DNA from: a virus
Taxonomy: Duplodnaviria > Heunggongvirae > Uroviricota > Caudoviricetes
Reading direction: 5' to 3' (one strand)
Length of the DNA stretch: 64,000 nt
Virus record (IMG/VR): IMGVR_UViG_3300031760_000013
Location: 2,458-66,457 of that record
The position numbers and the translations under genes were made by a program. The number at the start of each line of letters is the position of its first letter. Position 1 is the stretch's first letter. This document shows positions 38,309-44,933 of the stretch, piece by piece. Under the pieces are notes generated by a model. That model was not told the DNA's origin. It ran no database searches and saw only the letters and a program-made list of their open reading frames with translations.

Positions 38309-38798
38309 TTATATTTCCTTTCATTCCATGTAGTCTATATATGGTATTTGTATGAGCCCGACGACGTCGATCGTTTAGCAGGACATCCTCCGACCGGCTT
38401 GGATGAACTGTTTGGTCAGAGCTTAAGACTCAAGGAAGGCTGTTTTAATTGTGTGATTTGCGTGTGTGGTGGCTAGTGTACTGATAAAATGCCTAACTTT
38501 GAATTTTAATTTGTCTGCCGGTGAGGCTTCCTCGAAACGTTCCAGCGGTATCCGGACGCCCGCGGCGCTCCCGGGACGGCGTCGTGTCCCGCTCAAATCG
38601 TTACTTCCGCTTACAGCAAGAAGCTGTTTCATAAGAAACAAATTGCACTACATGTTTATATTTTTTAGGGGGAAGTTGGCTCATGCACTACCGTCGTAGC
38701 ATTGGAACCAATACCATTACAGCAATATGAGGGAGGGCACATTGCTTTTTCTGGCGACAGCATCTCTGTCATTAAGCATGATTTGATCCTCACTTACG

Positions 38799-38874
38799 TG
38801 GTACCGCTGGATGGAGTTGAACCATCGTCTTTGGCTTATAAGGCCACTGCTTCTAACCATTGAGCTACAGCGGC
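38799..38874 (-). tRNA. tRNA (anticodon loop CUUAUAA, so anticodon UAU, Ile-type), CCA encoded
   Basis: Minus-strand sequence GCCGCUGUAGCUCAAUGGUUAGAAGCAGUGGCCUUAUAAGCCAAAGACGAUGGUUCAACUCCAUCCAGCGGUACCA folds as a cloverleaf: a 7-bp acceptor stem with one G-U, a GG D-loop, T-arm GAUGG/UUCAACU/CCAUC and 3' CCA. The D-stem has one irregularity. Confidence 0.55.
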
Positions 38875-39300
38875 ATATCCTTGCGATCTATACGCCTAAA
38901 AGTCTGAGTTGGCGTATACTATTCTGGCATTTTCGGAGCAAGATAATTTAGATTCACCTGAAAACGTAGAAAATTGAAGATCAAAATCCCTAAGGATTTT
39001 GTCGAAATTTTCGAGGCTTTCAGGTGCAGATGAATTATCTTGTGGAGAAAATGTAGCTACCATTTCAACACTCTCGCTTACAGCAAAGAGCGGCTGTAAT
39101 TATGTATTACCACTTACAACCAATCTGCATCGCAAGGTTACTTGACGTATGTCAAGTATTCCCTTTATTGTAACCGATTAATCGGTCGAGTTCTCTGGCG
39201 ATATCTTCCCGCCTTCTGGACATCATGTCTTTTGGGCTCCTTTTCCTATGCATAAGTCGCCATAAACGAAACGCGTCTTTTAATTCCGCGAATTTCTCAA

Positions 39301-39609
39301 TTACCCACAAAGTAATTCACCCCACAAACTGTTAAATTCATCATCACTGATATCTGGTGGCGGTGAGCACGCTAACTCACTGAACATTTCGTCTGTCCAT
39401 CTGTAATTCCACATATCTACGCTTTCCCCGGAAGATACAAGATATTGGCCATTTAAATAATCAGAGATTTGAACTACTTTTCCTCTAAGCTTGCACATAT
39501 CATCAGTCGCACTATTACTAGCGCTATGGTCTTCCATGCTGTAATGCATACCTTCTATCAAGTCTTCTCTTACAATGACTCTATCGCCTATTTGGTATTT
39601 CATATTCAC
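39301..39609 (-). CDS. small protein, GDRV-barrel/WTDEM family
   Basis: 102 aa; GDRVIVREDL, RWTDEMF and C-terminal DDEFNSLWGEL. Confidence 0.45.
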   Translation of the reverse strand: MNMKYQIGDRVIVREDLIEGMHYSMEDHSASNSATDDMCKLRGKVVQISDYLNGQYLVSSGESVDMWNYRWTDEMFSELACSPPPDISDDEFNSLWGELLCG

Positions 39610-39610
39610 C

Positions 39611-39799
39611 TCATATCCATGCGTCTACTAACGCACCGAGCTGTTTGTTCAGCTCCGCATAATTCCTTCCGTATATTACGGCTTCATCAGAACCCACCTC
39701 ACAAAGTTTATTGTCGAGCCGTACGTTGCGATTGGAAAGAAAATCCTCGAAGACATCAATGATCTGCCCGACAAATTCTTTTCTATCAACTGTGCTCAA
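39611..39799 (-). CDS. hypothetical protein
   Basis: 62 aa ORF. Confidence 0.3.
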   Translation of the reverse strand: MSTVDRKEFVGQIIDVFEDFLSNRNVRLDNKLCEVGSDEAVIYGRNYAELNKQLGALVDAWI

Positions 39800-39812
39800 T
39801 AAATCCTCACTT

Positions 39813-40313
39813 TCATTCCGTCAGAAATTCAAAGAATTCCTCATCTGAGAACACATCTTTAATCTCGGAATCGATAAGCCGGATACTGTCCCATGGTACA
39901 TTCCAACCATGTTTAACATCGCATTCTCCACCGCAAGAATGCCCGTTGATGTTTCTATCCCATCTTACGCCAATCCATTCCCCGCGGTCTTCGCTTTCAA
40001 GATAAACAATTGTTCCGCGGTCTCCGGCCCGTAAGTGTCCACCATCTAATTTAATTAAGCCAGAATACTCTACTCTGTCCCCAACTCTGAAGTCGTCGCA
40101 TATTCCCCTAAGTGAGTCTGGATGGAGGTACCAGCCGTGCTCGTCGTTACACCGGCCATCACATGTATGCCCTCGATGTATCGCCATGTCGAATTCGACT
40201 CCGATTGAGCCGCCACCAAAGGATACACTTACGACTGTTCCTCGATATCCCATTTGGATATCGCCAATTTTTACATCGCTGATGTATTCTACACGATCCC
40301 CAAGATCAAACAT
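39813..40313 (-). CDS. tandem-duplicated GDRV/HGW-domain protein with C-terminal SDEEFFEFL tail
   Basis: 166 aa. Two internal repeats, each GDRVEY...G.RGT.V...GV.....GH.C.G.C...HGW..P.DS. Confidence 0.45.
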   Translation of the reverse strand: MFDLGDRVEYISDVKIGDIQMGYRGTVVSVSFGGGSIGVEFDMAIHRGHTCDGRCNDEHGWYLHPDSLRGICDDFRVGDRVEYSGLIKLDGGHLRAGDRGTIVYLESEDRGEWIGVRWDRNINGHSCGGECDVKHGWNVPWDSIRLIDSEIKDVFSDEEFFEFLTE

Positions 40314-40321
40314 AATTTACC

Positions 40322-40639
40322 TCACAAACCTAAGAACAAGGTAAACTCATCGTCAGAGCATGCATCAAATTCTTCGGATTCCTGCAGTTTTTCCACGTTA
40401 TATTTGTTCGTATTCCAACCATGGCCTACTTCGCATGCCCCATCATTGGAATGCCCGTTCGGCAGTGCCTCATCCCATGCAATGTAAACCCATGTAATAT
40501 CTTCTGGGCAATCTTGCAAAACCGTCCCGGTCATACCGTACTTTAAATGACCGTTATCTTCGGCACGTTCGCTTACAAATATTATCCGGTCGCCCTTACG
40601 TAAAACTTGGCGTTCTCTATCATATTTACACATCTTCAT
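40322..40639 (-). CDS. GDRV/HGW-domain protein with C-terminal DDEFTLFLGL tail
   Basis: 105 aa; KGDRIIFV...GHSNDGACEVGHGWN; single copy of the repeat found in 39813..40313. Confidence 0.45.
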   Translation of the reverse strand: MKMCKYDRERQVLRKGDRIIFVSERAEDNGHLKYGMTGTVLQDCPEDITWVYIAWDEALPNGHSNDGACEVGHGWNTNKYNVEKLQESEEFDACSDDEFTLFLGL

Positions 40640-40741
40640 AAACCTCCATGCTGTTGGCCGTTACAGATTGGAATTGTTCTGGAGTCAATTCGTATGGGTA
40701 TTTCTCTGAAAGTAAAAACACCATTTAATATTCCCATCCTT

Positions 40742-40966
40742 TCACAAACAGAACTGTGGATTACACCCTTCACCCTGATGTGGGCAACTCTTACAGGTAG
40801 AACCTTGGGTTATATCATTTACCTGTGAAGCAAAACCTTCTCTCAATTCTTCTTCTATGTTTTCCCGGTTCTCGTCAGTTCTTAAATCAACCACTGTGAT
40901 ACCAAGCATTTTCCAAATCTCTTCAAAAGTCCCTTCAACATAGACACCCTTAATTTTTGCTTTCAT
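40742..40966 (-). CDS. small protein with C-terminal Cys cluster
   Basis: 74 aa; CKSCPHQGEGCNPQFC; 9 nt downstream of the RT gene. Confidence 0.35.
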   Translation of the reverse strand: MKAKIKGVYVEGTFEEIWKMLGITVVDLRTDENRENIEEELREGFASQVNDITQGSTCKSCPHQGEGCNPQFCL

Positions 40967-40974
40967 ATTAACCC

Positions 40975-42129
40975 CTATCCAGCAAGATCCTCTTTAATCA
41001 GTTTCTTGATGCTCCCGCAACCAAGCTTCTCACCAAGATAACCAACCAGCTCGTCAATTTTTCTGCCTTCAACCATCTTGTAATAATTATAGAGCCCGTT
41101 CATAACTTGGATATCCTCCAAATCCCACGGATTCCCGTTCTGCCTATCTTTCACATAGTTTGTGAGCATCGCCTGAAATCTGCGCTTAGTTTTATGCCCA
41201 ATAGTTATTTCGTTCTGCCCGTTAAGACAGCATCCAAGCAGAAAGTTATGTCCAGAAGAAGAACCGTACCTTGTCTTTGCGGTATTGAGCTGGAACGGCG
41301 CATTAAATGTTGCAAGTGAGCTGATAATTTCCTGCTCGATTTTTCTGAAGTCGAAATCATACCGAGACGAAATGATAAAGTCATCGGCATATCTCGTATA
41401 CACGAAGCGCTGCTTATCGAAATCCCTGAGTTCCTTCGATAGCTTATAGTCGATTGGAATCATCATGATGTTGGTTATCAGCGGAGAGATCGGAGTGCCC
41501 TGCGGAAGCCCGCCATTCAGAATTGCTAACTCAAGAGCAGATTCCAAAGCACTTCTTCCTCTTTCGGTCTTAACCACTTCAGAAAACGGGTATACCATAG
41601 AGAACATCTGCATGATAAATTCCAGAGTTGTGCTACCAAAGAAGTCATGCAGGTCATATTTACAAAACCACTTGCTCTCATTTGACTGATGACGCTTCAC
41701 CGCATCAAGCGTAGACCGTTTCTTGATATACGCAAAAGCCGATGTGTGATACAGCGCCTTACAATCATTCTCAAAAATACCTTTCAGTGTTCTAAGTGCG
41801 CTCATCAAGTCGTCTTCCGGCGCATTAATCTCACGAAGGCCGCCAGATTTTTTAGGAATATAAAACTTATAGTATGATTCCTGCCTTGGCTTAGATTTAA
41901 TTCTAGCCACTACATCTGATGTGTTAAAAGCTTCGAGCTTGAGGATGATGCGTCCAATGCTTATACCAAGTTTTCTTTCTACCCTATCAGACACATACTC
42001 CATTTCATAAGTACGTGTGTTTGTAAGATTCTCATTGATTACGCCTGGCGTAGTCGATGTCTGGAAGAGAAACTCCTCCAAAGTCATCTGGTGATACGTC
42101 GGCGGCATCTTGACAACGACATATACCAT
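40975..42129 (-). CDS. reverse transcriptase (retron-type, no maturase/endonuclease domains)
   Basis: 384 aa. RT motifs YIPKKSGGLREI (motifs 1-2), LPQGTPISPLITNIMM (motif 4, QGxxxSP) and YTRYADDFII (motif 5, YADD). GGGAGG RBS. Confidence 0.85.
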   Translation of the reverse strand: MVYVVVKMPPTYHQMTLEEFLFQTSTTPGVINENLTNTRTYEMEYVSDRVERKLGISIGRIILKLEAFNTSDVVARIKSKPRQESYYKFYIPKKSGGLREINAPEDDLMSALRTLKGIFENDCKALYHTSAFAYIKKRSTLDAVKRHQSNESKWFCKYDLHDFFGSTTLEFIMQMFSMVYPFSEVVKTERGRSALESALELAILNGGLPQGTPISPLITNIMMIPIDYKLSKELRDFDKQRFVYTRYADDFIISSRYDFDFRKIEQEIISSLATFNAPFQLNTAKTRYGSSSGHNFLLGCCLNGQNEITIGHKTKRRFQAMLTNYVKDRQNGNPWDLEDIQVMNGLYNYYKMVEGRKIDELVGYLGEKLGCGSIKKLIKEDLAG

Positions 42130-42157
42130 CTTATGTTCCTCCCTATTAAACTGTTAT

Positions 42158-42480
42158 ATAACTGTAATCTACGTGTGTGTGCCTGCAGGAACCGGGACCG
42201 TCTTCCTGGATCTGGAGTTGTAGTCTGCTGGCGAGCTCGCCATTACTGAGTAGCTTGTCATCGAGAAAGGAGCCTTGTTTTCCAAGATTTCGTATTTCTG
42301 ATGGCTAAGATTTTGCTACTAGGTCTTGATAAGACTCGATGACTGTGACAGCACGAGCAGCTGCTGGGTCATCGCTGCGGCGGAAGGCGTGCCCAGCCAT
42401 CGTTCACGCCTCTGCTCAAATCGTTACTTCCGCTTACAGCAAGAAGCACCATATTACTATGGTCATTGCATTACAGTTAT
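42158..42480 (-). ncRNA. candidate retron msr/msd-like non-coding RNA upstream of the RT
   Basis: A 323-nt non-coding region bounded by 11-bp inverted repeats ataactgtaat (42158-42168) and attacagttat (42470-42480). The downstream repeat lies 28 nt from the RT start, the a1/a2 geometry expected of a retron. The interior has a perfect palindrome tggcgagctcgcca and GC-rich pseudoknot-like stems. Confidence 0.35.
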
Positions 42481-42497
42481 GAAATTAGATTTCTAAA

Positions 42498-42752
42498 TTA
42501 TTCGTTTTCCAAAATCTCAAGCAGATGTTTCCCGTGATCGGTGATTTTCATATGCTTGAGCATAGATTCGCAGTGCTCGCTCTTGAAGAATTCTTTGATT
42601 TCCTTTTTGGAATAACCCCATTCATCGCGAGTTATCCGCGAATCCTTTCCCCTATTGCAAAGGTCGCGGTAATCGTCAGCTGCCTTCTGCAAAATTGCCA
42701 TGGCAAGCTGAGCTGCACCGCGACCCCGCAACACCTCTAACGATTCTGGCAT
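42498..42752 (-). CDS. hypothetical protein
   Basis: 84 aa; between the E1-like gene and the RT leader. Confidence 0.35.
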   Translation of the reverse strand: MPESLEVLRGRGAAQLAMAILQKAADDYRDLCNRGKDSRITRDEWGYSKKEIKEFFKSEHCESMLKHMKITDHGKHLLEILENE

Positions 42753-43423
42753 CAGAATACGTCCAGAATCCCACTAAAGCCATCGATCTGGCCGAACTTC
42801 CAAATACCTTCACCCTTAACAAACTTTATGTAATTGTTCACACACATCGCACAGATGAGGCGGACAGTTGTCACAACTCCGAGTGTAATTCCGCACGCGC
42901 TCACTGGAGTCTCGTTTTTTGCCTCTTCGTGTGAAAACTGCATAGAGTTCAGAAGGTTCTGGCGTGACTGGTAATCACTCCAGTCTGCCCCATACATCTG
43001 CGCTCCCGTTAGAGCCGTTCTCACGTCGAACACCGCTTTTAAGAAAGGGTGATCCATGTGCTGCTCAACAAATTTCCTGCGCAGTTCTATATTGTCCGGG
43101 CAAAGGAACACATACCCCGATAGCATTTTCCCCTGCCACCCTTCCGGTTTGATCTTGATCGAATCTTTTGCTTCCGGATTAATTTCCAGAATAAGATCCC
43201 GCAGCGCCTCGACCTTAAGCCTTCCGATATCCTGCTGTCTGAACATCTGGTTCACGATGTTGTGCTTTTCGACCTTGTCGAAATCATAAAGCGTCATCTT
43301 TGTAATGCCGCACCGAGCAAGATTTTCCGCGATTGTCGAGCCGACTGACCCGCAGCCGATTATATGAATCATCGCGTCATCTTTTTCCGGCTGGAAGAAT
43401 TCATAGCTTTTACTGAGATCCAT
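42752..43423 (-). CDS. ThiF/MoeB-family E1-like adenylyltransferase (minimal adenylation domain)
   Basis: 223 aa. HIIGCGSVGSTIAENLARCGITKMTLYDFDKVEKHNIVNQMF reproduces the E1 Rossmann GxGxxG plus the D.D.VE..N(L)xRQ nucleotide-binding signature. Confidence 0.6.
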   Translation of the reverse strand: MDLSKSYEFFQPEKDDAMIHIIGCGSVGSTIAENLARCGITKMTLYDFDKVEKHNIVNQMFRQQDIGRLKVEALRDLILEINPEAKDSIKIKPEGWQGKMLSGYVFLCPDNIELRRKFVEQHMDHPFLKAVFDVRTALTGAQMYGADWSDYQSRQNLLNSMQFSHEEAKNETPVSACGITLGVVTTVRLICAMCVNNYIKFVKGEGIWKFGQIDGFSGILDVF

Positions 43424-43424
43424 A

Positions 43425-43916
43425 TTACCCTCCGATCATTTCATTTGCTTCACGCAAACCATTACCAAGAGCTTCGAGCTCTTCCTCCGTAAACCTCTGC
43501 ACACAATCCCTGCTTTCGGAAAGCATATCCATCACCGTGCATTCTTCTTCCTCGACCTCGAAAGGATCGTACGGTTCAAATGGCTCTTCCTCTTCGTCAT
43601 CTTCCCAGGCGTCGTTTTCATCCGCCCAATCACGAACTTCGCCTTTCCAGTAATCAAAATCCGCCGGACGCCATTCGCCATAATATTCGTCATACTCATA
43701 GTAATCATAACCACTATTGTCACGATACCTATCAAGTATATTGAACAAATCTTGCCACGTGTTATCTCTGGCAAGATCGACAAGACTTTCATCGATAATT
43801 TCGTCACGCGAATCTGCAGAGATTACATCCTCAAGAAGATAGCAGCCGACATCGTCGCAGAACTGATTCAGGTCATAGAAATCATTAACGTCATCGATAA
43901 ATGTAGAACGATTCAT
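43425..43916 (-). CDS. highly acidic protein ending in Gly-Gly (candidate ubiquitin-like/sulfur-carrier-like partner of the E1-like enzyme)
   Basis: 163 aa with very Asp/Glu/Tyr-rich repeats (DYYEYDEYYGEW, EDDEEEEPFEPYDPFEVEEEE). C-terminus ...NEMIGG followed by the stop codon. AGGAGG RBS. Beta-grasp fold not verifiable by eye. Confidence 0.4.
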   Translation of the reverse strand: MNRSTFIDDVNDFYDLNQFCDDVGCYLLEDVISADSRDEIIDESLVDLARDNTWQDLFNILDRYRDNSGYDYYEYDEYYGEWRPADFDYWKGEVRDWADENDAWEDDEEEEPFEPYDPFEVEEEECTVMDMLSESRDCVQRFTEEELEALGNGLREANEMIGG

Positions 43917-43928
43917 ATTTTCCTCCTA

Positions 43929-44933
43929 TCAATAATAGAACCCGTCACTATACCCGAACGGGCCATACGGGTCGTCCATTTCATCGGCATAGATACCGGA
44001 TGCCCTGTATGGCGATCTGTCGGATTTTTTCTTCTCTTTTTTCTCGGAACGTTTGAATTTCTTCCCGAGATGTTTTTTCTTTGACTCGGGGTACTCCTTC
44101 TTTTCCTGCTTGTCCACTTGTGCCACCTGTACCTGCTTAGGTTGTTCAACCTTTGCGATCGGGGCCACAGGCGCAGGTTTTACCTGTTCTGGTTTCTGGG
44201 TATAATTATTTCTATATACGGACTGCAATTGTTCTTGATTTAAGTTGTACGCAGACCCGTTGTAATTCCCGTACTGCTGGTATGCCGGTTTATTTTCCGT
44301 GATCATTCCCTTTGCTTCACGCAAGAACTTTTCAACTCCGCATTCATCTTCGATCACGTTAACCGTCACGTCGGAAGTATCAAACATGACATTCTTTTTC
44401 ATGTCATAGATCTTATACATACATTCCCCGCGCTTGTTATAGATCATGAATATGTAAAACATCGTATCATCGAGTTGGCCGAGAAGCTTTTCATACAAAT
44501 CATTATCAGTTACCGATGGCGTAACTCCCATATTTACATGGGAATGCCCCTGCATTCTGATATTGTTGAATACCTCATCTTCCTGCTTCATCAACCATTC
44601 CTGGTACTTAATCTGATCTGTGTTGACATTCGCCGCGGAAACTACCTGCGGGTATACCAGAATGTCTGTGATATAATACTCGTCTTTCGTCTCATCTTCG
44701 CCACGATAAGCAAGCCCATGCCAACCAACTTCTTTATCACATTCCCTGATCAATGACGTCATTTTCAGCCATGCAATTTCGGTGAAATAAACCGTACATG
44801 GACGTTTTGTCGCCATCAATGCTCGATGAAAATCGATCTTGCCATCCATCAGCTTTGCAGATTTCAGGATACTTTCAAATTCCTGTCTCCACTGGCTGAT
44901 ATTATCCTCTGTTATCTTAATTGCTTTCGCCAT
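43929..44933 (-). CDS. JAMM/MPN+ family metalloprotease (JAB deubiquitinase-like) with Lys-rich C-terminal tail
   Basis: 334 aa. Exact JAMM motif HSHVNMGVTPSVTD (HxHx7Sx2D) with an upstream Glu (EVGWHG). C-terminal third is low-complexity and Lys/Pro-rich. Confidence 0.65.
   Translation of the reverse strand: MAKAIKITEDNISQWRQEFESILKSAKLMDGKIDFHRALMATKRPCTVYFTEIAWLKMTSLIRECDKEVGWHGLAYRGEDETKDEYYITDILVYPQVVSAANVNTDQIKYQEWLMKQEDEVFNNIRMQGHSHVNMGVTPSVTDNDLYEKLLGQLDDTMFYIFMIYNKRGECMYKIYDMKKNVMFDTSDVTVNVIEDECGVEKFLREAKGMITENKPAYQQYGNYNGSAYNLNQEQLQSVYRNNYTQKPEQVKPAPVAPIAKVEQPKQVQVAQVDKQEKKEYPESKKKHLGKKFKRSEKKEKKKSDRSPYRASGIYADEMDDPYGPFGYSDGFYY

Noticed and set aside
38423-38699. ORFs 38423..38641 (-) and 38466..38699 (+) in the GC-rich intergenic region
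   Set aside because: Arg/Gly/Ala-rich translations with no RBS. They coincide exactly with stacked GC stems and pseudoknot-like pairings downstream of the conserved hairpin, so they look like shadows of a structured RNA, not genes.
40975-42480. Interpreting the RT as a group II intron protein or a DGR RT
   Set aside because: The RT is only 384 aa with no maturase (X) or endonuclease domain. The flanking non-coding RNA is about 320 nt on one side only, with a coding gene 9 nt downstream, so there is no room for intron domains I-VI. Motif 4 is QGxxxSP, not the DGR IGxxxSQ, and no template or variable repeat pair is evident.
43532-44149. Overlapping ORFs 43532..43807 (-), 43752..44084 (+) and 43913..44149 (-)
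   Set aside because: They are frame-shifted shadows inside or across the acidic GG-protein and JAMM genes. Arg/Lys-rich translations mirror the acidic coding frame.
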